Positions 52,350-64,000 of a stretch of DNA of 64,000 nt are shown piece by piece. The notes under the pieces are model-generated. The model was not told the origin of the DNA. It searched no databases and saw nothing but the letters and a program-made list of their open reading frames with translations. The stretch is from the NCBI GenBank assembly GCA_964016885.1, contig OZ024741.1, forward strand, positions 264,802,001 to 264,866,000. The letters run 5' to 3'. Both the position numbers and the translations under genes were made by a program. Every line of letters begins with the position of its first letter. Within the stretch, counting starts at the first letter, position 1. The DNA is from Eledone cirrhosa. Taxonomy: Eukaryota.

Positions 52350-52497
52350 CTGGAAAAAAATTAATTAATATATGTCATAAAATAGCAAATATTTGAAATG
52401 GAGCAATAGTAGCACAATTGACTTCCGGTAGATTTGGATGACATTGGTTAGAAATAAAAGGGTAAAAGATATATTCCAAACGTCTAAATTTTGCCAT

Positions 52498-52689
52498 AAT
52501 AATTGTTTCTACTTTTGGCACAAGGCCAGCAATTACCCAGTGCATTACTGGTATTTTATTTTATCGACCCCGTAAGGATGAAAGGCAAAGTTAACCTCAG
52601 CGGGATTTGAATTTAGATCATAAAGGGAGGTAACTCTATGCTGCAAAGCATGGTGTCCAACCCTCTACCGATACTGCCAATCCACTGCT
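52498..52689 (-). mobile_element. Family 1 SINE
   Basis: Reverse complement of 46183-46375. Confidence 0.8.
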
Positions 52690-52899
52690 TAAATCTTGCC
52701 ATAATAATGGGGTTTGAAAATATTGTTACTGGAAGTAAATCTATTCAATTTTCCACCACCATTACAAATGAAACTTAAGGGTCAGTCTGCCACATGGTCT
52801 TGGCTGACAAGATGGAGAAGATATTGCCCCAGAGGATGACACACTGGTACAACCACTCTACCTGGCACAGCTTACACTTGTGAGTATCCAACTCTACTT

Positions 52900-53275
52900 C
52901 AATAGCAGTAAGCATGGATGTGGTCTGGGAACCAAGATGTCCACTGCCACAGGCTCAACCACAAACCTATCAGAGAGCCGCCAATACTTGGACAGTTTGC
53001 CCTTCTCAACATGTTGGCCAGCTAAATGCACCAGGTTGTGGCAACACACAGAATCTCAGATGAGGGCTCTACCACTGTGGAATGGGAAGTTTGTCATGCC
53101 GTCTGGCCTTTTGCTATCTCCTCAGTCCAGGCCTGCAGACTCGAGCTGGAAAGGAAAGCCTACAGTGTCCATACCATGCTTTATAATCTCGTTGAGAGTA
53201 GCATGGTATGGAAGATGGCTAGCACTATAATGGCATGACAGTGGGTGAAGACTGAAAGAATCTACAGTGGATCTG
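52900..53275 (-). pseudogene. Restriction-like endonuclease domain of a CRE/R2-group non-LTR retrotransposon
   Basis: HPLSC...HATLNEIIKH...LESAGLD*GDSKRPDGMT.FPF..GRALI*D..C...EKGKLSKY..L...VEPVAVD matches the RLE pattern RPDG.T..PW..G..L.WD...E..K..KY. Confidence 0.78.
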
Positions 53276-53284
53276 TAGCAATAT

Positions 53285-53560
53285 TTGTGACAGCAGTAAC
53301 TATATAAACACAAACCACAAACAGGCAACATAGACAGCAGTAGCTATATAAACACAAACCACATAACATGTTTAAGACAGCAGAAGCTATATAAACACAA
53401 ACACATAGACAACATATTTAAGACAGCAGCAGCGATATAAACACAAACCACATAACATGTTTAAGACAGCAGAAGCTATATAAACACAAACACATAGACA
53501 ACATATTTAAGACAGCAGCAGCGATATAAACACAAACCACATAACATGTTTAAGAGAGCA
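53285..53560. repeat. Tandem repeat gacagcag..gctatataaacacaaac(c)acata...
   Basis: About 6 alternating units. Confidence 0.85.
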
Positions 53561-53956
53561 GTGATCATTATCATCACTGTTTAACGTCCATTTATTCATG
53601 CTAGCATGAGTTAGACCAAAGGTTCTCAACGGGGGGGGGGGGCTTGAGGGGGGGGGGGTAGGGGAGCTGGAAGACTCTTTACTTTGGTACGTTTTATAAG
53701 CCATATTTGTATGTCTTTGAGACAGCCAGTGTGAATGCATTTGAATGAGCTTGCAGACAGCATAACTATAGTCTGACTGCAGCTGTGAGCAGGTGTGCAG
53801 GTGTGTCTAGACATTAACCGGTACAGTTAGAATCTTATCTTTCCTTCACTGATAAAAATGTATTTCATGCCTGAAATTATTGACTCAACCGTAACGAGTT
53901 AACACTATGTAGATCTATTTTATTCCCTATTGTATAAATAATATTACAAATAAAAA

Positions 53957-54345
53957 GGACCACATACAACACATAAGCAGGTAATACATGCATCTAAGAC
54001 CACATACAACACATAAGCAGGTAATACAAACATCTAGGACCACATACAACACATAATAAGGTAATACACACATCTAGGACCACATGCAACACATAAGGAG
54101 GTAGCACACAGATATCTAGGACCAGATAAAACACACAGGCAGGTAGCACACACATCTAAGACCACATACAACACATAAGCAGGTAATACAAACATCTAGG
54201 ACCACATACAACACAATCAGGTAATACATACATCTAGGACCACATACAATACATAAGGAGGTAATACACACATCTAGGACCACATACAACACACAAGCAG
54301 GTAATACATACAGCTGGGACCACATGCAATACATACATCTAGGAC
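53957..54345. repeat. 40-bp minisatellite, ~10 copies
   Basis: Unit ggaccacatacaacacataagcaggtaatacaNNcatcta. Confidence 0.9.
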
Positions 54346-55418
54346 TAGATACAACACACATTGTATCATGTGCTACGGATGACGCAAGAGCAATGGTCGG
54401 CCAACATAAGGGCTTCGTCACTCTTCTGAAGAGAGAAAATCTATCTGTATTTGTTGTTCATTGTGTCATTCATCGACAACACTTGGCTGCGAAGAAATTC
54501 AACAAGCCTCTGAGCAAGTCCTTGCAGGTGGCCATTGATGTCATCAATTTTATCAAACGCCATTCCATCAATGAACAAATTTTCCAGCAACTGTGCCAAG
54601 ATAATGACGAAGAATTCGTCAAGTTGCTCCTTCATACTGAGGTGAGGTGGCTTTCAAAGGGCAAGTGCTTTACTCACTTCTTTGAACTCTTCGACTCTTT
54701 CATTGAGTTTCTGCGAGGGCGCAACACAGAACTGTACAAGAAAACCCTCGATGTGAGGCAAGACTGCGCCTACCTCACCAACATCTTCGAGAAATGCAAT
54801 AGCGTCATTTTGGCTTTGCAGGGGAAGAAGATCACCTTGCTTAAAGCAAGGAATGCTGTGAAAACATTCCTGGCCAAATTGAATATCATCGAAAGGAATC
54901 TTTGTTGACGGGAATTCAATAATTTTCCTAGTGTCGCCAATGTTCAAAACATTGTAAGCGATGACCAACTCCAAATTTATACCACTCACCTCCGTGCGCT
55001 ACAAGACAACATGAGAGAACGGTTTGTCGACCTTTTGCCGATGGACATCCCAATAGCAGATGCTTTCATAGCTAACGTCGACGATTTGGACGTTAAATTT
55101 CAAGAAGAATTCATTGAATTTCAAGCAGATGACATGATCAAAATTAGATTTCCCAAAATAGGTGAACCCCTTTTTGGGATGCAAGAGGAAATTCAGCGTT
55201 GATTTCCACACCTACATGCAGAGGCTAAGAGATTTGCTCTGCCTTTTCCAAGCTCATACTTAGTCGAGAGGAGGTTTGGTGTTGTTTCCAGACTGCACAG
55301 TAAGGCTCGCAACCGCTACAATGTAATTACACGCGGAGATCTCTGGCTACATCTTAGGAAAATTGAGCCTCACGTCGAAGAGTTAGCTAGACTCCATGAA
55401 GTTCAAGGGTCCCATTGA
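54345..55418 (+). pseudogene. hAT Buster/Charlie-type (SCAND3/ZBED5-like) transposase pseudogene, 5'-truncated
   Basis: CATDDARAMVG, HCVIHRQHLAAK, LLLHTEVRWLSKG and PFPSSYLVERRF motifs; in-frame TGA at 54906-54908 and a frameshift near 55170. Possible 3' TIR near 56055-56069. Confidence 0.92.
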
Positions 55419-58400
55419 AATGAAGTCAAAGTTAAAGTAAGTTGATTTATCTGAAAACTTGGATATGCTATTGTTACAAAGCAAACTAACAATTTTTTTA
55501 TTTGTAGTTACAGTCTGACTGGACTGGAAACCATCTACTACAATTCAATTATTCATTTGTTGTATATATTTTACCATTTATTAATAAATATACCCTCCCG
55601 CGTGGTCATGAAAACCCTCTTCCGTGGTCTCTAAGCTCACAAAGCAGGGGGACATCAAGTTAGATATCAACATTTATTCTGTCCGTTTCATTAAAGGGAA
55701 AATTGGAAAGCTTTGAAATGATATAATTGCCACTTTCTTCCGGATAAGAGCACTCTTGGGATAGACAAGAGTTGCTCTTGTATAAATGTTCAAAATAGCT
55801 GGTATCGCCTGGTGGGAACACAACAAATTCAACTGGTCCTTATTCATAAAAAAGAACATTTATGTTCCTCTTTTTGAAATTTATATATTTCCTTTCAAGG
55901 AATGTATTTATACTCTCAGCTGCCTGAATATTGTTAATCAATTTTTTAGTAATCTACTGATATCAAAATCAGTAGTATATTGACAAATGGAAAAATAGGG
56001 GGGGGGGGGCGTTTCGTGATTTCAAGGGACAAAAGGGGGCGTTTGGCCTAAATGAGCTGAGAACCTGTGAGTTAGACAATTTGTTCCATTGAAAAACAAG
56101 TGAGGTGAGGTGATCATGTCTTGCTCATATGGAACTGTTTCTAGCTTGTTTTCTATAGCTGGATGCCCTTCCTAACGCCAAACATTTACAGTGTGGACTA
56201 GACGAGAACAGTAACTATTTAAACACACACAGGCAACACATTTAAGAGAGCAGTAATTATTTAAACACAAACGCCCAGTAGATGGGACTAAGTCCTAAAC
56301 AGACAACCAGAGACATGATAAAAATACACCCAGTCTATGCAATAAAATGGTGGGGGTGAGTGGAATAATATACAGCTATGAAAAACAAAACAAAAAAAAA
56401 CAAGCATTTTTTTTGTTTGTTTTTTTTTTGCTGTTTTTCTATTGCAGTGTAAGAGAGCAAGGTGTAAAATGGTGAGGGTTTTATCCAGCACTTTATTTTT
56501 TTCTGGGACACTTATCAGTCAATAAAAATAATATAAAACAAGCCTAAAACATCTTGAATGTTTTATCATCAACAAACATTTCATTCATATCATGTCCTGT
56601 TTGTTTTTCTCTTGTTTTTATAGTTAGGTTTTATGACAATGACATGTGAGGGAGGGGGGGGGGACACGGTAGACATGTGATTAGTGAATTTGTATTGAGG
56701 AAGGCTGGAGGTAGTGAGTAGGTGGTTCATACTGAGCACATGAATTATTTAAGCAAGCAACATGTGACAATGTGATTTGGGAAGGGTGATGATAACCACC
56801 TATTTTTGGATGAACATAATGGCATTTCATTTTTAAAATTGAATCAGCACCCATCATCACAATATGGTGGTGATCTTACTGTTTAAAAAGGTCATAGTTT
56901 GTGAAATGTCATTTGTACTATGAGGAACTACTAAACATTTTACTGTAAATATATACCCTGAAGAGAGATATAAACCACAGTAAACAAGTACCATATAAGC
57001 GATAGAGACTATATCACAATAGTTACTATAGTCCACTACATAGTAAAGAGATACTATAGTACTATACAGTAATACAGACCACAGTTCAAACCATCTAGCC
57101 AGTATTTGAGAGACCTGGTGTTTGATTCCTTATAGCAGCTGATGGCAACTTCTTTTTCTGTCTTTAAGGGTCTTCACCCTATTTTATAAGTTATTTTATA
57201 GCATCACCACACATCAGCACATCATTCATCATCATTGTTTTATGCCCATTTTCCACACTAGCATGGGTTAGACGAGTTGTGGGCAATGCTAGGTCAGGTG
57301 ACCATGTCTTGTTCATACAGAACTGATTTGGGCTTGGTTTCTATAGCTGGAGGCCCTTCCTAACGCCAACCTCATTTACAGTGAGTACTGGCTGTTTTTG
57401 TCATAACACCTACATGTCCACTTTACAGTGTGTACTGGGTGCTTTTTGTCATGACACCTACATGACCACTTTACCATGTAGGCTGGGTGCTTTTTGTCAT
57501 GACACCTACGCATTAATATTACATCTACAATAAACATACTTTAAATTAATGTAGACAATATATCATACCCAGGCTAATGGTAACTTCTTTTTCCATTTTT
57601 AAGAACCTTCACCCTATTTTGTAGTATCTCTCACATGAGCACATCATTATTTAGACTAACATTTAGTATTTCTTGAAACGCCATCTGATATTGCTTGTTA
57701 CAAGTGTATCATCAATGTTTGTTTTATACTCAATTCTTTTCTAGAAGACAATATATTATACCCAGAGTAATGGCAACTTCTTTTCCTGTCTTTGGGTCTT
57801 CACCCTATTTTATAAGTTATTTTATAGCATCTCTGTGCCTGAACACACCACTCTTTATTTTAAATTCACCCCACCCACCTCCCAGCCATTTGAAAAGTCC
57901 GAGAGATGGGCTACATATATATATATATCTTCTTTGCCCACTTATTCCTAAGAGGGTTGTGGGAGCAAAGTCCTCAAACATTCCTTCCAGCAGGTCCTGT
58001 CTGAAGCAACCGTCTCCAACTGATCTGGCTGGATCCTCCTCAAGCAAGACCAGCTAAGCTCATGGATGTCATCCAACCTCAATTGCACCTCTGAAGGGCA
58101 ATGTCATATGACTGTGATATCTGGCGATACGCAGTAATACAGAAGACCTGACTTCCCACAAGCACAAGCTGAAGCATGTATACAGTATGCCCCAACACAG
58201 CTTCCCATACACCCCCATGAGGACAGACCAAAGAAAATGCATCCAGTGAAGGAGTTGTGATGGTGTCATGACAAAAAGCACCCAGCCCACACTGTAAAAT
58301 AGTTGTGTAGGCGTCATGACAAAAAGCACCCAATACTCACTGTAAATGAGGTTGGCGTTAGGAAGGGCATCCAGCTGTAGAAACCAAACCAGAATCAGTC

Positions 58401-59061
58401 CTGTATGAGCACCTGACCTAGCATTGCCCACAACAGGAGAACGCATCTAACCCATGCTAGCGTGGAAAATGGACGTAAACATCCAGCCCACACTGTAAAG
58501 TGGTCATGTAAAAAAAATGGCAAAAAGCACCTAGCAGACACTGTAAATGTGGCTGGTGCTAGGAAGGACATCCAGCCATAGAAAACCAGCCAGAAACAAT
58601 CCTATATGAGCAAGACACGGTCACCCGACCCAACTTGCCTCTAAATGTTTTCTCATCAAGATGTTTTCCTTTTCTCCGAGGAGTCATTTTAAATTAGAAA
58701 CTATTATATGATGTAATGTTATTAATCTGAAAAATAAAAACTATCCATTAATATTCACTTACTACATCCCAAAACACGTCATATCTATTTTTCTTATAAT
58801 ATTACCTTGGCTCATTTTTTTTTAACACGAGTGTATGTGTGTGAGTGTGTAGCAATAATTTATTTATTTGGACACCAACAAAAAATTACACAATGAATGT
58901 TGTTTACCCTCAGGTGCTTCAAGATTGACAGATTTTCATTTCTAAATTCTATTATCATCACAACTCTGATATTTTTTTATAACAGATATTTTGAAATAAT
59001 TATGAGAAAAAAAACATATCTTTATATTTATTGTTTACTAGTCTAAATAAGAACAGCAGTA

Positions 59062-59091
59062 ACCCGGGCAACGCCGGGTAATTCAGCTTGT
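59062..59091 (+). mobile_element. Helitron/Helentron-like terminal hairpin
   Basis: acccgggcaacgccgggt hairpin then aattcagcttgt; matches the reverse complement of the end at 62586. Confidence 0.5.
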
Positions 59092-59186
59092 ACATATATA
59101 AGATTTGTTTTTCTGTTGCACGATCCAGCATTTTCAAATGGTACTCTCAATTAAATCGTGTGAAACCATTTTGCTGGTTTGAGAGC

Positions 59187-59222
<36 letters not shown>

Positions 59223-59322
59223 TAAATGAAATAATTGCCTTATGTTGTTTATTACATAACTATTAAGCTCTGTAACCTACATAGAGCACTCTTTTTTCCT
59301 GGACCTTTCCGACGGAATTACT

Positions 59323-59364
<42 letters not shown>

Positions 59365-59665
59365 GCGTAACCTACGGTTTCAGGGTCCGGTTATAGCCAC
59401 CACTGTATAGTGAAGGAGCCGTACTAATAATTGTTTCTACTTTTGGCACAAGGCCAGCAATTACCCAGTGCATTACTGGTACTTTATTTTATCGACCCCG
59501 TAAGGATGAAAGGTAATGGTCTCAGATCGAATCGTCGAAACGGCAAGAGCTCATCCGTCGAGTGCCGACTCTTTATAAGATATATGTGTATATATACATA
59601 TATACACATATATATATATATATATAGACACACACATATACATTTATAGACACACACGTATACAG

Positions 59666-59707
<42 letters not shown>

Positions 59708-59869
59708 GGTGTCCCCCAAAAATGTATACACACTTCGATTACTTCGATGTACATGCAATATTTATTAGAGTGCTGTTGAAGTGTGTATACACCCTGATAC
59801 AAAGCAAGCACGAAACTCGAAATGTAAACAAGGAAATATAGTTATTTTATGTAGCGTATACCGGGTTGT

Positions 59870-60182
59870 GAAGGCGTATGGCTTTGTGGTTAGAGTATTC
59901 GGCTCACAATCGTAAGGTCATGAGTTCGATTCCTAGCGGTGAGTTGTGGCTTTGACACTTTATTTCACGTTGCTCCAATCACTCAGATGGCAAAACTGTG
60001 TTGTACCTGTAATTCGAAGAGTCAGCTTTGTCACGTTCGGTGTCACGCTGAAACTCCCTGAGAACTACGTTAAGGATACGCGTGACTGTGGAATGCTCAG
60101 TCACTTGCACGTTAATTTCATGAGCAGGCTGTTCCGCTGATCGGATCAATTGGAACACTCGTTGTAACCGACGGAGTGCCAT
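59870..60182 (+). mobile_element. tRNA-headed SINE, family 3
   Basis: ggcgtatggctttgtggttagagtattcgg...gagttcgattcc head; a decayed copy lies on - at ~27230-27520. Confidence 0.75.
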
Positions 60183-60295
60183 CATACCAGGTTACAAAGA
60201 TATAGGCTGCCAGCAGGAGGGAAAGAAAATGTAAATAAAATCGCCAAAATTTAACAAGTGACTGTTTTCTTTCAAGAAACGTTATATATAGCCGG

Positions 60296-60326
<31 letters not shown>

Positions 60327-60779
60327 AATGTCTGATATATTTATAAACAAGAAGTAGTGACTGATATTTACACACACACACACACACATATATGATATAT
60401 AGAGAAGTTAAGGGCCGAAACACTCGCTTGAGAGGGGTTTCGTCTCTTAAGACCTTCTGCTGCCCAGCTCTCCTCAGAGTTTCTTACCACTAAATAAATA
60501 TATATATATATATGTATATAAACACACACACACACACACACAAGAAATAATGTCTGATGTGTGTGTAGCGTATCTTCCCAAAATGTATACACACTTCAAC
60601 AGCATTCTAAAAATATGTGTATATATTTTGGGGGGACTTAGAAGTAGTATCTGATTTTATATATATATACATATACAAGTACATAGAAGTAGATCTGAAA
60701 TATATATATAGAAGTTAATATCTGATATATATATATATCAGATACTACTTCTATGTACATATATGCGTAGTAGTGTCTG

Positions 60780-60830
<51 letters not shown>

Positions 60831-61131
60831 GAAAGCTCGCCAAACAAAGGGTTGAGGACCGTTTAGTTGTATCAAGGACACAACCTCCCTAGTGTTGGTG
60901 ATCTTCACAATAAAAGAACCCAGTACGCGCTGTAAAGTAGTGGGTTTTAGGAAGGGCATCCAGCCGAAGATATCTTGCCAGGAGTTGGGAGCCTTTCAGC
61001 TTGAGTCAAAAGAAACGACAACTTCCCTGTACACGATATAACTTATGACCATATATAAGTGACATACAGCCCCCTCAACCAGCCTGGGAGGTCAGTAGCC
61101 CAACCCACGCTAACAAATTAAATATAACTTC

Positions 61132-61183
<52 letters not shown>

Positions 61184-61335
61184 AATACATTTATTTATAT
61201 ATTTACATACATTTATTTACATATTTATATATATATATATATATGTGTGTGTGTACATATGGAAGGTCCTAGAAGGACTAGCACCAAATCTTGACATTGA
61301 CAGCCGGAGCAACCATATGTGTACATATTTATATA

Positions 61336-61495
61336 TGCCGTTTCAACAGCTAGATCGGATCTAACTGTTGCTGTTGAAATGGCAAGGACTCAGTCGTCGG
61401 GGGACCCGAATTTTTTATATTACCCACTCTACTACCCCAAGTATCGAGTAGTATGCTGAATAATGGTCTAACTGGTTTTTACTGCATCCATTCAG
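61336..61495 (+). mobile_element. Short fold-back element, family C
   Basis: Arms 61336-61350 / 61370-61384; tail tattacccactctactacc is shared with 62203-62390. Confidence 0.6.
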
Positions 61496-61536
<41 letters not shown>

Positions 61537-61806
61537 TGTAAATATGTATATAGACGTGTGTATAAACATATACAGACGTGTATATTTTATACATACATAA
61601 ATTGTTTCTATTTTTGGCGCAAGGCCAGCAGTTTGAAGGGGTGAAAAATTAAATCGATCCCAGTGCATTTACATACATAAATATGCTTATGAACTGATTT
61701 AAAAAAACGCTTTTATATATATATATATTACAGAAGTGGAGTAGGCTAGAATAGAGGAAGGATACAATAAACAAATAAAACTACAATATTAATGAAAAGT
61801 ACTTAC

Positions 61807-61840
61807 ATGTTAAACAACTTAAGGACTTTAATTGTTCCAT
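61807..61840 (-). CDS. Membrane-protein gene, coding exon 1 (start codon)
   Basis: acaagATGGAACAA...ACAT|gtaagt gives MEQLKSLSCLT, phase 1. Possible acceptor at 61905-61906 and an upstream UTR donor gtgagt at 62081-62086. Confidence 0.72.
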
Positions 61841-62202
61841 CTTGTAAACATAATCTTCTTATCTTTTTCCGGGGGTCCAAACTGTAACTCCTTCTTTACT
61901 TCGACTGAACACAATACACAATAAAAATCAGATTTCTATATACACTTGCTTCGCAATAAAAACAAGAATCTTAACTATATAATATATACAATGTATCTGT
62001 GTGAGTGTATATAATTATATAAGTAGGTAACAAACTGAAGTGTATGATGTTTGTTTCTTCCAGACAATCTTTATCTGCGCACTCACTTCCTGTTAATGAC
62101 CTGGTTTCGTTGACTGTAATGGTACAACTGCATCATGGGAATGTGTCCGTACATACATACACTCACACGGATGTGTGTATGTATATATATATATAACGAA
62201 GG

Positions 62203-62390
62203 AGGTGTGGTAAGGAACCAGATGGACCATAACGCACAAGAGTACTCAATACTTAGGGTAGTAGAGTGGGTAATAGGAAAAAGTTTGTCCCCGACGGCAG
62301 AGCTCAAACCGTTTCGACGGCTATTTCTGGACGCAGAAATAGCCGTCGAAACGGCTTGAGCTCTGCCGTCGGGGTCAAACTTTTTCCTAT
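62203..62390 (-). mobile_element. Fold-back element, family C, with a 57-bp hairpin and 4-nt loop
   Basis: Arms 62273-62329 / 62334-62390 with two mismatches; (TA)n flanks; related fragments at ~59528-59580 and 61336-61495. Confidence 0.8.
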
Positions 62391-62585
62391 ATATATATAT
62401 ATATACACTTACATACACATATTTATATATATTCATATATATATATATATACACACACATATAAATGTGGGGTGTATGTGTGTATATATATGTGTGTGTG
62501 TGTTTGTTTGAGCGCGTGTGTGTGTATATATGTGTGTGTACAATTGCCTCTTGTGTTTTCGTTCATTTTCAACTATATATATATA

Positions 62586-63170
62586 CTAGCAGAATTACCC
62601 GCGCCTTTCTGTAAGAAAACGATGATTGATTTTAAATCAGTGATATAATTTATGGAGGAAAAAATAAAGGGAAAATGTTAAAAAAGTAGAGGCATTAACT
62701 AATAATTTTTGTTGTCATAATTCTAGTGATGTTTGCCATAGGTAAAATGTCTAAATTAGCCAAATTTTACTATAAAAGAGAGGTTCTTTTTTTGTTAATT
62801 TACGTTTAATTAATAGAAAAACCCGTGATAATAGTTTCCAATACTCAAGTTATGGGCTTCCAAAATTTTCCCTATAGCGGGTTTAACCCCATTAGGGTGT
62901 CTTAATAGTATTGAAATTTGCTGAAATTTTGTGAATAGGCATGGTATCTTGTCATTTACCTATGGTTTAGATTTCATATAAATCGAAGGGAAAAAATTTT
63001 CAGCGGGGGTTTGTGCCCTCGGGGAACCCTTTGATTAAAATGAAATATACTTATCCAAGTACCCTGGGCAATTTAGTTTCAGAATATATATATGGTTATG
63101 GGGGTCTATCTGCAAAACCATAGGAAGAGTTCGTGAACAAACAAACAGGAACTACAATTTTATATATATA
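62586..63170 (-). mobile_element. Non-autonomous Helitron/Helentron-like element
   Basis: One end actagcagaattacccg; the other end gaacaaacaaacagg...attttatatatata; inserted in (TA)n. Confidence 0.55.
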
Positions 63171-64000
63171 CTATCTGACCCGTCCGGCTGGCGCTTGGCT
63201 AGGTATACCGGCATTTTATCTTTTCAGGAATCCCTCCTCCACTCCAGTGCAAAGATACAGCACTCCCTCTCAAGTCAGCGAGAGGGGGGCGGGGGTTAAC
63301 GTACTCTGATGTTGGGTTTGAATAGTTAAAAATCGGACTCAGTTTTGCAAGGACCTGTATGGCACACTAATGCTGTAATGCAATGTAGATGAAATCAGCT
63401 TGTGAACTCACCTGCTCCAATCTGGCTTGTTCTGTCTGTGCTGCTCTCCTGCCTTCTGCGCGGGACCTCAGTTGCTGAAGGCGAGACTGGCGCTGTTCTT
63501 GAGACTGGGCTGATCGAATGGCTCTCGCTTGAGTCCTCATCTGCTGAAGGCGACGTTCATGATCATCTTCAGACTCTCTTGCTCTAGTAACATTTTGTCT
63601 TCAGATCTTGCGGCCAGGCTGGGACTTTTTGGGTGGCATATCAGCAGTAACAATAACGATAAGCCGTCTGTGCTTTCGTGAAATAAATAGGTTTGTTTAT
63701 ATTTTGTTTTTGTGTATGCAAAAATATCTGTACACGAATATATATATTAAAATAACAGATTAAAGTTTAAGCAAAGAATCGCTGCTTTCACCCTTAACGG
63801 GATCTTCTGAAATTTAAAAAAATCAATCTGTGAAAACAGAAGTAAATATTTCGAAAAACGTTATCTAATGCAGACAGCCAGACATACAGAGACATATTAT
63901 AAGGGCGCAACGTCATAGCTATGTATCTATCTAAAAAGACAGACTAAGAAAGAGTGAGGAATGTCGTATAACCGGTTACTTCTATTGTGCAAATTTGGTG

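Noticed and set aside
63402-63640. Short GC-richer ORF with a hydrophobic start
   Set aside because: GTG start, no recognisable motif or splice support, and stops on the opposite strand; left unassigned.

Overview
Eukaryotic, AT-rich, microsatellite- and transposon-dense DNA. The SINE, RTE and (TA)n landscape suggests a mollusc, probably an octopus (inference, not verified). I read three host genes. (1) A + strand GPI-anchor-type leucine-rich-repeat protein, whose main exon is 6153-7670 and whose start codon I could not locate. (2) A tRNA-Gln(CTG) at 22188-22259. (3) A - strand gene missed by the ORF track, with 10 coding exons from 61840 to 30814, that I spliced by hand into a 361-aa type I membrane protein (signal peptide, Cys-rich domain, Pro/His/Gln linker, EGF-like module, TM helix, short tail). 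It has two duplicated 18-nt microexons and a GC-AG intron. The rest is decayed mariner, piggyBac, hAT, RTE, CRE-type and Helentron-like elements, SINEs and long minisatellites. The most striking unexplained pattern is a set of short fold-back elements from several unrelated sequence families, mostly beside (TA)n tracts. Most consist of an inverted arm, a minimal type I hammerhead-ribozyme motif (intact or decayed), the arm again and a short unique tail. Several carry remnants of a Penelope-like GIY-YIG C-terminus. Coordinates were counted by eye; repeat boundaries are approximate.
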